In this document: positions 10,045 through 19,587 of the stretch, in pieces
Layout: each line of letters opens with the position of its first letter
How positions within the stretch are numbered: position 1 is the first letter of the stretch
Virus record (IMG/VR): IMGVR_UViG_3300025133_000028
DNA length: 64,000 bases
Direction: 5' to 3' (one strand)
Source of the DNA: a virus
Program-made: the position numbers and the translations under genes
Notes under the pieces: model-generated
The model's database searches: none
What the model was told of the DNA's origin: nothing
The model's input: only the letters and a program-made list of their open reading frames with translations

Positions 10045-10391
10045 AGATTTTTGTAGACTTAATAATTGCCGCGATTGACTTGACAAAAAACGAAAAAAAG
10101 GTTATTATACTTGAGGACGGGCTACCTTGTCGAGAAGTAAACGATGATTTGGATTGTGTTTACAAAAAATTATTCAGCGAATTAGCAAACGTGTCTCCAG
10201 ACTATCCTGATTACGTTTTAGTTTCGGCATACAAACAATCGGATGAAGTTCATATAGTTTATGCCTGTATGATTCCCGAAACTATTAAAATTAAAAAAGC
10301 AGAGTGGAGAAATATTTCTAATGTTCAAAACGATTCGGAATTTAGTTTGGATGGCAAAAAGGCCATTTATGAAGCCGCATATAGAATCTAA
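10041..10391 (+). CDS. hypothetical protein
   Basis: SD GGAGG, GTG start, overlaps the upstream stop. Confidence 0.55.
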   Translation: MKIFVDLIIAAIDLTKNEKKVIILEDGLPCREVNDDLDCVYKKLFSELANVSPDYPDYVLVSAYKQSDEVHIVYACMIPETIKIKKAEWRNISNVQNDSEFSLDGKKAIYEAAYRI

Positions 10392-10701
10392 AGCTATTAT
10401 CGTCATGTCTTATAACCCAGAAGCAAAAGGAGCACAATTTAATATTAGTTTTGATGGTGATGATGCTAAAACTATAGCTAAACTAGCATTCGTAGGTTTT
10501 AACGGCGGTTTTCCTAGCCAACTTGAACAATGGTTATTAAACAACAAAGACAATGCAGAACAAGCAATAGAACTATACCACGCTATGGTAGACGAACAAC
10601 ATAATCAAGAACAAACAATCCGCAATATGTTAACTCCTCCTAAAACTACTGACGAACCTATTATTTGTCCAACACAAATGTTTATTACAGAAAAAAGCTA
10701 A
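10351..10701 (+). CDS. hypothetical protein
   Basis: ORF in operon-like packing. Confidence 0.55.
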   Translation: MAKRPFMKPHIESKAIIVMSYNPEAKGAQFNISFDGDDAKTIAKLAFVGFNGGFPSQLEQWLLNNKDNAEQAIELYHAMVDEQHNQEQTIRNMLTPPKTTDEPIICPTQMFITEKS

Positions 10702-10703
10702 TT

Positions 10704-11198
10704 ATGGATACACATAACCCAATCTTTCTAACAGTTGACGACATATTGGTTACACAATCGGGTTTACGAAATCCAAAAAATCTAGCCAGTATGTATAAGT
10801 ATTTAACATCTGGAAAGCAGTTTCACAGACCTGTGATATATCATATGGATGATGGCAAATATTATATTCATAATGGACACCATAGATTAACAGCAATGTA
10901 TTTTGCTGGCTTTTTTCAGGTCGATAACACAATGGTTAATATTATCGATTTTCAAGTAAGTAAATTTCAGGAAATCAACCACGACGTTGGGTGGGTTACA
11001 CCATATAATATTCAAACTCATGTACGACTGCCAAACTTAAGTTCGTGGAAAAAAACAGTCGAATACATGAAAAAAGTATATACTCTTAAAGAAGTTAATC
11101 GTATTATTGAAGTTTCTGGTCATTTTTACAGTATTCCGCGAAAAATACATTCTATTGTAGATTTCGCAAGAAACTATAGAGGATTTATTGATGATTAG
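10704..11198 (+). CDS. ParB/Srx N-terminal-domain protein
   Basis: TQ..L...P.......YYIHNGHHRL.A motif. Confidence 0.7.
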   Translation: MDTHNPIFLTVDDILVTQSGLRNPKNLASMYKYLTSGKQFHRPVIYHMDDGKYYIHNGHHRLTAMYFAGFFQVDNTMVNIIDFQVSKFQEINHDVGWVTPYNIQTHVRLPNLSSWKKTVEYMKKVYTLKEVNRIIEVSGHFYSIPRKIHSIVDFARNYRGFIDD

Positions 11199-11460
11199 TA
11201 GTATGTTGTTTTTGTTGGGTATAATGAGTTTTAGTTACTTACTTGGTAGTTCTGTTGGTAAGTATTGGGTAAGTAATTACACAAGCGGAGAAAGTTTTGT
11301 ATTTATCTGTTTAACTTTTTGGTCTCTTTTTTCTACCTTGCTAATTGGACCAGTAATGTTAACTTATATGGTGATGTGGATGTTAACTCTAGGAATGGTT
11401 TATGTACTTGGCGAATTAATTTATCCTTTATGGATTATGATTCCAAGTAACAAACTGTAA
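11188..11460 (+). CDS. small multi-pass membrane protein
   Basis: Almost entirely hydrophobic 90 aa. Confidence 0.55.
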   Translation: MMISSMLFLLGIMSFSYLLGSSVGKYWVSNYTSGESFVFICLTFWSLFSTLLIGPVMLTYMVMWMLTLGMVYVLGELIYPLWIMIPSNKL

Positions 11461-11471
11461 AAGGACAAGTA

Positions 11472-12506
11472 ATGAAACAATATTTGGATATAGTTAGGAA
11501 TATTTTACAAACAGGAACTCCAAAAAACCCAGTTAGAGTAGGTTCTGATGGTAAAGTAGAAAAGGTTGAAAACGAAACGATAGGATTGCCTAACATATTT
11601 TTTAGTCATGATATGGCTGATGGTTTTCCTTTGTTAACTACTAAAAAAGTACACTTTCATAGTGTTGCTGTTGAATTAGAAGGTTTTCTAAAAGGTATTA
11701 CCGATAAGTCTTGGTATCAAGAACGCAAATGTAGTATATGGAACGAATGGGCTAATGACGATGCATGTCGAGACTTTTACGAAAAAAATTACAGACAACC
11801 ATATTTAAGAGATAAAGCAGCAGGTTTAGGTGACCATATTGATGATTTTGGCTTAGTTCCTTATCCAGAAGTTAAAACAATGATTGCAAAATCAGTCTCA
11901 GACCTTGGACCTGTCTATGGTTATCAATGGCGTAATTTTGGTCAACAATACGGTTCAAAAGAATTAGTAGCGGACGACCACGACTGGACATTCCAAAGTA
12001 ACGGATTAAAACATGGACACGACCAGCTTAAAGATGTATTAAACACACTTAGAGATAATCCAACAGATAGGCGTATGGTAATATCTGCTTGGAATCCAAA
12101 TCAAAAACATATCATGGCATTACCTCCTTGTCATTTAATGTGGATTGTGACGGTTTATAATGGTAAAGTCAATCTACATTGGACGCAACGTTCGGTATGT
12201 ACGGGATTAGGGTTATGCTTTAACATAGCAAGCTATGGTTTATTACTAACAATGTTGGCTAAACACGCAAACTTAGAAATTGGAAACCTGTCTGGCTCAT
12301 TAATTGACTGTCATATTTACGAAGACCACATAGCTCCATTGTCAGAACAAATTAAAAGACAACCAAAACAATTGCCGCAAATCCAAATAGACAACAATAA
12401 TGATGATGACAAATATCCTTTTGATTTACTAAGATGGACACATAAGAACTATAAATTAATAGACTATGATTATCATCCACGTATTAAAATGAATGTTACC
12501 GTTTAA
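11472..12506 (+). CDS. thyA: thymidylate synthase
   Basis: GFPLLTTKKV, IWNEW, LGPVYGYQWR, SAWNP, MALPPCH, QRS, FNIASY, HIY. Confidence 0.95.
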   Translation: MKQYLDIVRNILQTGTPKNPVRVGSDGKVEKVENETIGLPNIFFSHDMADGFPLLTTKKVHFHSVAVELEGFLKGITDKSWYQERKCSIWNEWANDDACRDFYEKNYRQPYLRDKAAGLGDHIDDFGLVPYPEVKTMIAKSVSDLGPVYGYQWRNFGQQYGSKELVADDHDWTFQSNGLKHGHDQLKDVLNTLRDNPTDRRMVISAWNPNQKHIMALPPCHLMWIVTVYNGKVNLHWTQRSVCTGLGLCFNIASYGLLLTMLAKHANLEIGNLSGSLIDCHIYEDHIAPLSEQIKRQPKQLPQIQIDNNNDDDKYPFDLLRWTHKNYKLIDYDYHPRIKMNVTV

Positions 12507-12620
12507 AATGTTTTATACATACCTTTTTTTAATTCTGTATGTAATCAATCCTCCTGATACACCAATTGCCTACGGAAAATTAAAAGGAAGTCCCAAAATA
12601 AAGTCTACAAAAGGAAAATA

Positions 12621-13307
12621 ATGATAAAAACAATTGAATGGGAAAGTTATGAATACAAGTACGACACTCTACAAAACCGTATTCATGCAGACACAGACAC
12701 AGAAGAAGATACTTCTTACGAAGACGCTCCAGACGATATGGATATGGATATGGATACGTTACTAACAAACGAAGCTAATTCAACGTTGGTACAAACACCA
12801 ATTGGTGTATTTAACGTCTCTGATAGTATGAATCCGTTCAAACACTACAAATTTTGGCTAGGACACACAAATTTTAATATCTCACCAGAAGTCATCAGGA
12901 TAATCAAAAACATTCCTGGTGTAGAAGTATTGCGACCTATTAGTAGATATAGGTTTTTTATTGGTATTGGTAAACTTTTTAACTTATCTGATATACAAGG
13001 AATTATAACAAAAGAATTAATAGAAAATCCTATTGAAAGTAAAATAGATTTAATTAATAACTCAGAAATAGAAGATAGAGTCATTTCATTGATTAATAAT
13101 TGTAGTCAAAGTTATGCCGAGTGGATGATTTATATTTTTCCAAACGGCGAAATTGATTATATCTATAAAGGACAAGAAGACTATCAAGCTTGGGTTGAAG
13201 CATACAAACAGTCTTTTAACATATCGGGTGGTATTCTTATAGGGTCAGATGATGTCAACAAAAATCAAAAGAAGAAACCTATCACAAACAAGCGAACTAA
13301 TATATGA
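12621..13307 (+). CDS. hypothetical protein
   Basis: 228 aa, acidic N-terminus, FWLGHTNFNI...GVEVL...SRYRFFIGIG. Confidence 0.65.
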   Translation: MIKTIEWESYEYKYDTLQNRIHADTDTEEDTSYEDAPDDMDMDMDTLLTNEANSTLVQTPIGVFNVSDSMNPFKHYKFWLGHTNFNISPEVIRIIKNIPGVEVLRPISRYRFFIGIGKLFNLSDIQGIITKELIENPIESKIDLINNSEIEDRVISLINNCSQSYAEWMIYIFPNGEIDYIYKGQEDYQAWVEAYKQSFNISGGILIGSDDVNKNQKKKPITNKRTNI

Positions 13308-13959
13308 TATACACGAGCATTGTATAAATACCGACAGTAGAGAAATATTCTTACATTCCAATCTATACCTTGAAGAAGAAAAAGGTGTAGATTTTGCTAT
13401 GGCTGTACAGTTTGAAAAGAATATGCGATTGCTAAACAAGTTAGGTGACTTGCCTATTTTAGTACATATGCATACGATTGGTGGTGAGTGGGAGGCTGGA
13501 ATGGCAATCTATGATACCATAAAATATAGCAAATCTCCTGTGGTTATAGTAGCATACGCCAATGCTCGTTCTATGAGTAGTATTATTTTACAAGCAGCAA
13601 CAGAACACGGCAGAATAATGATGCCGAGTTCTGTTTTTATGTACCACCACGGAACTATGGGTCATGAGGGTCATACTATTGAGTATTTGACAGTTGCTAA
13701 AGAACTAGAGAAAAGTATGGATACAATGTTAGATATTTACGTTAATAAGTGTCAATACGGTGAAATATTTACGGGATGGACAGATAAAAGAATCCGCAAC
13801 CAACTCAAAAAAGAGATGGAGCAAAAGATGGATGTTTATCTAAATGCTGACGAAACAGTAGAACACGGATTTGCTGATGCAGTCATAGGAACAGAAGGAT
13901 ATGAGACTATAGAAGACGCACTAACTACTGTTAAACACCTAATGGATGACGAATGTTAA
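13249..13959 (+). CDS. clpP: ClpP-like serine protease
   Basis: TIGG...GMAIYDTI, ARSMSS (Ser), MYHHG (His), DVYLNADETVEHGFADAV (Asp). Confidence 0.85.
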   Translation: MMSTKIKRRNLSQTSELIYDIHEHCINTDSREIFLHSNLYLEEEKGVDFAMAVQFEKNMRLLNKLGDLPILVHMHTIGGEWEAGMAIYDTIKYSKSPVVIVAYANARSMSSIILQAATEHGRIMMPSSVFMYHHGTMGHEGHTIEYLTVAKELEKSMDTMLDIYVNKCQYGEIFTGWTDKRIRNQLKKEMEQKMDVYLNADETVEHGFADAVIGTEGYETIEDALTTVKHLMDDEC

Positions 13960-14603
13960 GAGAACTAATAATATCCGATAAAAATACATCACAAGAAGAT
14001 TTACTTAAATATTTCGGAGCATCATCAAATTATCTGGTTGATAGGCTGTGTATGCCAGCGGGATTAATTCCGCAATTACACCCATATGTCGATGATTTTT
14101 CATATATTTCTTCCTTAATTGACTTTCCATATGGTTGGTCAAGTTCTAAAAATAGAGTTTCCGAAATCATATCGGCTTACCACATGGGTATTAAAACGAT
14201 GGATTTTGTACTAAGTCCTTACCACATAACGAACTTCAACGTATTAAAAATACAAAAAGAACTCGAAACTCTATCTAATCTCAAAAAAGAATATTCCATA
14301 GAATTACGGCCAATTCTTGAATATCGTCTATTCGATGTTGTAAACTGTATATCTGTTGGTGAAATACTGATGAATTTTGGTTTCAAAACCATCGTAGTAT
14401 CTACGGGAACTATGGTTGATGACAAAAACGATAACATGTTGGTATCATTAGAGTTATCTGACATTGGACTAGACGTTATAACATGTAGTCGTCTAATGTC
14501 AAAGACATTCATGTCAGATTTAGACTCTATTGAGGTTTACGGAGTACGTTTTTGCTCTATTTTCGCCGCAGAAACTGCTTTAGGTCAATTAACTACTCAA
14601 TAA
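13953..14603 (+). CDS. DeoC (deoxyribose-phosphate aldolase)-like TIM barrel, catalytic Lys apparently absent
   Basis: IDFPYG, E...A...G...DFV, ILE. It has IVVSTG where DeoC has VKTSTG. Confidence 0.55.
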   Translation: MLRELIISDKNTSQEDLLKYFGASSNYLVDRLCMPAGLIPQLHPYVDDFSYISSLIDFPYGWSSSKNRVSEIISAYHMGIKTMDFVLSPYHITNFNVLKIQKELETLSNLKKEYSIELRPILEYRLFDVVNCISVGEILMNFGFKTIVVSTGTMVDDKNDNMLVSLELSDIGLDVITCSRLMSKTFMSDLDSIEVYGVRFCSIFAAETALGQLTTQ

Positions 14604-14688
14604 TACGTAATGGTGTATAATATATTAGGACTAGGATTATATGTGGAATTAAAGGAACACATAGTAAATTTAATTTGGAGTTTTAAAT

Positions 14689-15249
14689 ATGTCAACTACA
14701 AAAGCAATTTCCGGCAACACTCAAAAAAATGATGGCGGAACAATTCTTAAAGCCGGTAATATTACACGTACCGACTTCAACGCTATCTCAGTACAAAACG
14801 TTTCTGAGCAGACTACAGAATACGGTTCTAAAGTATTTATTCCTACGGGTGTAGATTCTTCTGGTAATCTTGGTGTTCGTGCTGCAAACGGAACCAAGCA
14901 GGTTGGAAAACAAGATTCTGACAACTGGCTAATGATGTACGGTGTGGCTCACAACATCGCGGGTGTTAGTAGCAACATTTTGCGTTCTGCTTCTAGCCAA
15001 TATCCTGGTATCCAACAACGTCCAGTACCACGTACTCACCACATTCGTTTAGACGAATCTTCTTGGGATTATGTGACTGGTGCTGTTACTAAAGGTGGTA
15101 GCGAAGGTACTTCGGTCAATTTCCACAAACCAGAAGGTTCTGGTGTTCTCGATAAAGGCGCTTTCCCAACCAATGCTATTCCTGGCCAATTAGTGTATAT
15201 GGTTAAAGGTATCATCCCAACACAAGACCAATATAAGGCGATAACATAA
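14689..15249 (+). CDS. hypothetical, probable virion protein
   Basis: Gly/Ser/Thr-rich, own GTGTATAAT element upstream and a terminator downstream. Confidence 0.55.
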   Translation: MSTTKAISGNTQKNDGGTILKAGNITRTDFNAISVQNVSEQTTEYGSKVFIPTGVDSSGNLGVRAANGTKQVGKQDSDNWLMMYGVAHNIAGVSSNILRSASSQYPGIQQRPVPRTHHIRLDESSWDYVTGAVTKGGSEGTSVNFHKPEGSGVLDKGAFPTNAIPGQLVYMVKGIIPTQDQYKAIT

Positions 15250-15274
15250 TATAATCCTGTTATATAATTAAATT

Positions 15275-15313
15275 AAAGCCCACCTATAGTCTTTAAGCTT
15301 GGGTGGGCTTTTT
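15275..15313 (+). terminator. intrinsic terminator
   Basis: AAAGCCCACCT...GGGTGGGCTTT followed by T's. Confidence 0.7.
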
Positions 15314-15327
15314 ATTGGAGAATCATA

Positions 15328-15750
15328 ATGGCAGAATATGGTATTATAGCAGGTATAGTTGTTATAACAATGGCTCTGGTCAAAATTATTGAAAGTTTTG
15401 TTTCTAAGACATTTGACGATGCTAAAGATAAAAGAATGATAGACTGTATTAACGCAATCAACAAAAACGTCAATATGTCAGAACAAAGACTAGACAATAA
15501 AATATCAACAATACAAACAGAAATACAACACGTTGCCAGTGTTTCCAAGGAGTTGTTTGATATGCACAACAGATATGACACTGACGGAACACCAATTTGG
15601 TATGTTCCTCGCTCGTGGGCGGAAAACCAAAAAGAGATATTAGAGTGTTTGAACGAAGTCTCTCATTGTATTGACCAAGTGTCTAGAACACAAGAACGTA
15701 TGATAGTTGTATTAGATAAGTTATTTAACAATCTTCAAAATACACGATAA
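15328..15750 (+). CDS. membrane-anchored coiled-coil protein (holin-like?)
   Basis: N-terminal TM helix followed by coiled coil. Confidence 0.5.
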   Translation: MAEYGIIAGIVVITMALVKIIESFVSKTFDDAKDKRMIDCINAINKNVNMSEQRLDNKISTIQTEIQHVASVSKELFDMHNRYDTDGTPIWYVPRSWAENQKEILECLNEVSHCIDQVSRTQERMIVVLDKLFNNLQNTR

Positions 15751-15761
15751 AGGCAAACAAG

Positions 15762-16388
15762 ATGATAATTAAATATCAAGATTGCAAAGATTTAATAGAA
15801 GAAGCAGATGTCTTATTGTTTAGACATGGTAATTTTCCTTCTATTGGATGGTGGATTGGTAAGTATAGTCAAAGTCCATATTCTCATGTTGGATTAGCTC
15901 ATTGGGAGAATGGAGTATTAAATTGTGTAGAATTTAGAGAATTTATTGGCAGTAGAAACAAAAGCTTACTTAAACAAGTAGCTATAAACCCTGATAGAAT
16001 TGACGTATATAAGCCATCTAGACTGTTTTCAGAACCAATTATTGAAAAAGAAAACGACAAATTCGGAATTGTTTGGAAAGACAAAGTTTTGACAAAGGAA
16101 ATTCGGAATAACATTACACAAGAAGCCATTGGACTTGTTGGTAAGCCATATGGTTGGAGTGTAATTTGGCGTAACATTAAAAGCTTTATACCGTTTTTAC
16201 GTTTGTCTCAAGACCAAACCAAGGGTAATGATATAGTTAATAATTTTGTATGTTCTACCTTAATTACATATGCTTATAGACTACATTATGTAGACCCAAT
16301 TCCTTTTTTAGCTGACACTTATACGCAACCAGGAGATTTACCCAGGTCTAATTTGTTTCATTATGCCTTTACAATAGGCGGATTTTAA
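15762..16388 (+). CDS. YiiX/YebB-like permuted papain (NlpC/P60) amidase
   Basis: DVLLF, YSHVGL, GKPY, FVCSTL, PGDL. Confidence 0.8.
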   Translation: MIIKYQDCKDLIEEADVLLFRHGNFPSIGWWIGKYSQSPYSHVGLAHWENGVLNCVEFREFIGSRNKSLLKQVAINPDRIDVYKPSRLFSEPIIEKENDKFGIVWKDKVLTKEIRNNITQEAIGLVGKPYGWSVIWRNIKSFIPFLRLSQDQTKGNDIVNNFVCSTLITYAYRLHYVDPIPFLADTYTQPGDLPRSNLFHYAFTIGGF

Positions 16389-17098
16389 TGATAAAAGAAC
16401 AAACTATGTTTGGCGCAGCTGTGTTGATGTTGGGGATTTCTAATTTGTTTACGGGGTTTTTGACAGCCGAACAAATTTTAAAATCTTCGTGTAGAATTCA
16501 AGTAGACAACAGTTCTTTTGGTTCTGGTACAGTTTTTAAAGAAACAACAGATAAATACTACATCATTACAGCGGGACATGTGGTTACTAATATAATCCCA
16601 ATATTACATCAAACAATATTACAAGAGGGAAAAGACATAGAAGTTGTGTTTTTTGACGGAGTAGGTAAATCTACTACGGTCAAAGCAAAAATTGTTTCTA
16701 ATTTTTTTCTATCTGAGACCAATTTTATGGTTCCCTCTGCCAAAGATTTGTGTATAATCTCGATAGAAAAGAAAAATTTAAGACATTTTACACCAACGGT
16801 TATTCCTCTGGCTAATGAAATGTTAATATTTGAAGGAAAAAATATAAAAGGTGTTGGTTGGGCACACGGAGCTTGGCCTACATACTGGCAAGGAAGGATT
16901 ATAAAGCATAATAGGCATGTAACCTATATTAATATGAAAACACTTGGTGGTCAATCAGGCAGTGCGATATTAATGGATACGCCAAACGGAACCAGAATAG
17001 TAAGTATTATCAACTGGTCTTTTGGGCGTTTCGATGGGTATGGTGGCGGGATTTCATTAAAGACAATAAAATCGCTAATTAGGAATGAAATAACATGA
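16388..17098 (+). CDS. trypsin-like serine protease with signal peptide
   Basis: GSG, TAGHV (His), DL (Asp), GGQSGS (Ser). Confidence 0.85.
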   Translation: MIKEQTMFGAAVLMLGISNLFTGFLTAEQILKSSCRIQVDNSSFGSGTVFKETTDKYYIITAGHVVTNIIPILHQTILQEGKDIEVVFFDGVGKSTTVKAKIVSNFFLSETNFMVPSAKDLCIISIEKKNLRHFTPTVIPLANEMLIFEGKNIKGVGWAHGAWPTYWQGRIIKHNRHVTYINMKTLGGQSGSAILMDTPNGTRIVSIINWSFGRFDGYGGGISLKTIKSLIRNEIT

Positions 17099-17805
17099 AA
17101 AGAATTGTATTAGCCCTATTGATATGTTTGTGTACATCTATTACACAAGCTCAAATCAAGGGGCCAGACAAAGTAGACGCTCACACGCCTATAGTTCTGG
17201 AGGCTGGAAGGAAAGCAGAACACAAAGATGAACAAATAACATATATTTGGAAAATCTTTAACAAGAGCAGAGATGGAGCTACGGCCAAAAAAATCACACT
17301 ACAAGACGGTCAAGTAGTGCATGTTTGGGCTGAACCTGGAAAATATGATATTAATCTAATAATGATTATTGTTGATTTTGAAAACCGTAAAATGAATTAC
17401 GAAGAACATTATCAAGGGTTAGAGATAATTGGAGTATTACCAGTTCCAGTACCTACGCCGACACCAACTCCTACACCAACACCGACACCACAACCTACAG
17501 CATTCAAAGAATTGGTAAGTCAAGCATTGAGTAAAGTAAATCCAGATAGTACAAGTTACGCCAAGCAAATTGGTCAAAACTATCTTGTAACAGCAGAAGA
17601 CGCAGAACCAGATTGGTTACCGCGAGATTTACTAGGCTCAGTTAACACATTACATAGCTCAAGTCTTCCTACTAGTGCAATAGTTGGGTGGACGGATTTT
17701 TTCAAAGAGCTAAACAAAGCATTTGCAACTCTTAAATTAGAATCTGACGACCTAGAAGGACATATTAAGGCTTTCAAAGATGTTAGTGAGGTTCTTAAAA
17801 ATTAG
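17095..17805 (+). CDS. exported protein with PKD/Ig-like domain and Pro-Thr linker
   Basis: Signal peptide, W...PGKY, (PT)n linker at ~17440-17500. Confidence 0.65.
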   Translation: MKRIVLALLICLCTSITQAQIKGPDKVDAHTPIVLEAGRKAEHKDEQITYIWKIFNKSRDGATAKKITLQDGQVVHVWAEPGKYDINLIMIIVDFENRKMNYEEHYQGLEIIGVLPVPVPTPTPTPTPTPTPQPTAFKELVSQALSKVNPDSTSYAKQIGQNYLVTAEDAEPDWLPRDLLGSVNTLHSSSLPTSAIVGWTDFFKELNKAFATLKLESDDLEGHIKAFKDVSEVLKN

Positions 17806-17814
17806 GAAAATATT

Positions 17815-18147
17815 ATGAGTATGTTAGAAAAAGTAGCTGGTGAACTTAGTGATGAACTTGCTGAAGATGGTATGTATGGTTTTGATTGGGAACTTATTCT
17901 TGAATTTGTTATGGAAATTTTGGTTGATTGCTTTAATAATGAAGACGAACTTATGGAATCTGCCAGAAATCCAACAAGACTACAAAAGGCTGCTCTGTCG
18001 CTTAAAATTCGCAGAGAAGGATTGGCAAGAGGCTGGAAAGCTTCCAGAAAATTCCGTAATAAAATGTTAGCAAAATCAGCAGAAATGAGTGAAGAACAAT
18101 TGTGTGGATGTTATCAAGAAGCTTATCACACTATGTACGGAGATTAA
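17815..18147 (+). CDS. hypothetical protein (similar layout to 26993-27325)
   Basis: FDWELILEFVMEILVDC hydrophobic helix, then a basic region. Confidence 0.6.
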   Translation: MSMLEKVAGELSDELAEDGMYGFDWELILEFVMEILVDCFNNEDELMESARNPTRLQKAALSLKIRREGLARGWKASRKFRNKMLAKSAEMSEEQLCGCYQEAYHTMYGD

Positions 18148-18148
18148 T

Positions 18149-19150
18149 ATGCCTAGCGTAAACTCAAGTATAATGAGAGTGGAAGATTATGATTCTATTC
18201 CCTCTCCACAAGATTTGGTCAACGCATATTCCAACGGTTTTAAAGGCGTTAGAATAGACAGAGCATCTTACTACTCTATGGACAGGGTCATTAATCGCGT
18301 TGTTCATGATTTTAAAGACGTTTACAAAGACGCCAGAGGTAAAGCACATCTTCCATATAAAGTGGTGACAATAAAAGAACCACAATTCGGAAGATATGAA
18401 AGCCAAACCACTGGCGACTGTGTTAGTCATGCTACCAGAAACAGCGGTATGCTTGACTATTGTATAGATACCGTATTCGGACTAACTGAATACAGCGGTA
18501 GATTTGCTACAGAGAACATCTATGGTCATCGTGGTCATGGAGGCCAAGGAGCAAACTGCTCAAGACTAGCATCATATGTGGGTCCAAATGGTCCCGGTGG
18601 TTTTCTAGTAAGGAAAAAATATGGTAGTGGTAGAAATTCTGTAGACCTTAGCGTATACAACAGTCGCACAGGGCATAATTGGGGAAGAAGCGGAACTCCT
18701 AAGTGGCTGAGTGAAATAGCAGATGATAACAAAGCCTTGAAAGTCTATTCTATCAAAAGTATGGACGATGTTATTACATCTTTATCTTTAGGTTACGGAA
18801 TTTCTTTCTGTTCAAGTTACGGATTTTCATCTAAACGTAATGAAGATGGCGTATCAGAACAAAGAGGTTCATGGGCTCACGCGATGGCGTGGATTGGCGT
18901 AGACGATACAGATTGGGCACACCAAAATTATGGTGGGCCATTAGTTTTAATACAAAATTCGTGGGGTCCGAATTGGAATGGTGGTCCCAAGCGGCACGAA
19001 CAACCTGACGGTAGTTTTTGGATTCGTGCTAGTGTTGCTAATAAAATGATTCGCAACGGTGCCGGATACGCTATAGCGTCCGTCCGTGGTTTTAATCCCG
19101 TACTTGTCCTAGATACAATGGGGCGTTTACAACAAGAGAGTAAATCGTAA
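18149..19150 (+). CDS. papain-like (C1) cysteine peptidase
   Basis: QTTGDCVSH (Gln/Cys), HAM (His), QNSWG (Asn), GSFW. Confidence 0.85.
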   Translation: MPSVNSSIMRVEDYDSIPSPQDLVNAYSNGFKGVRIDRASYYSMDRVINRVVHDFKDVYKDARGKAHLPYKVVTIKEPQFGRYESQTTGDCVSHATRNSGMLDYCIDTVFGLTEYSGRFATENIYGHRGHGGQGANCSRLASYVGPNGPGGFLVRKKYGSGRNSVDLSVYNSRTGHNWGRSGTPKWLSEIADDNKALKVYSIKSMDDVITSLSLGYGISFCSSYGFSSKRNEDGVSEQRGSWAHAMAWIGVDDTDWAHQNYGGPLVLIQNSWGPNWNGGPKRHEQPDGSFWIRASVANKMIRNGAGYAIASVRGFNPVLVLDTMGRLQQESKS

Positions 19151-19389
19151 TGTTAAATAATTTTTTCCTTCAAGTATTTTTATATACACTGTTGCTCAGC
19201 ACAACAGCTATGGCTGCGCCTATGGACTATAACCAAATTCCACAGACTGAGGCTATTTATAGCTGGTTGCCTAGTAAATATATGAGTTATGATAATGTAC
19301 CTCAACTTAATGAAGAAAAATTTAACTTTAACACCGTAAGAAATAGAACTGCCCGTAGATTTCGGTTATTTCGGCTTTTTAGACGATAA
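19150..19389 (+). CDS. small exported protein with Arg-rich C-tail
   Basis: Signal peptide; ends RRFRLFRLFRR. Confidence 0.55.
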   Translation: MLNNFFLQVFLYTLLLSTTAMAAPMDYNQIPQTEAIYSWLPSKYMSYDNVPQLNEEKFNFNTVRNRTARRFRLFRLFRR

Positions 19390-19398
19390 CCTCCTTGC

Positions 19399-19433
19399 AA
19401 ATGGGCAGTCTTAATCGGCTGCCTATTTTTTTT
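19399..19433 (+). terminator. intrinsic terminator
   Basis: AAATGGGCAGTC-loop-GGCTGCCTATTT plus T-run. Confidence 0.75.
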
Positions 19434-19443
19434 GATTTTTTGC

Positions 19444-19471
19444 TTGACAGCGGTGAAAAATTCCGTATTAT
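19444..19471 (+). promoter_or_regulatory. sigma70-like promoter
   Basis: TTGACA-16nt-TATTAT. Confidence 0.6.
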
Positions 19472-19587
19472 CTAGATAAAGAGTTTAGAGATTGACAAGA
19501 ACAAAGCCGTAAGGCTTTCATTAAGCCTTGAGACTGGAATAAAGACAGAAAGACCCCGACTAGACGACTGGAATAGAGGAAAAATTA

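Noticed and set aside
12735-12758. (GATATG)n short tandem repeat
   Set aside because: It just encodes DMDMDMD in a low-complexity acidic linker.
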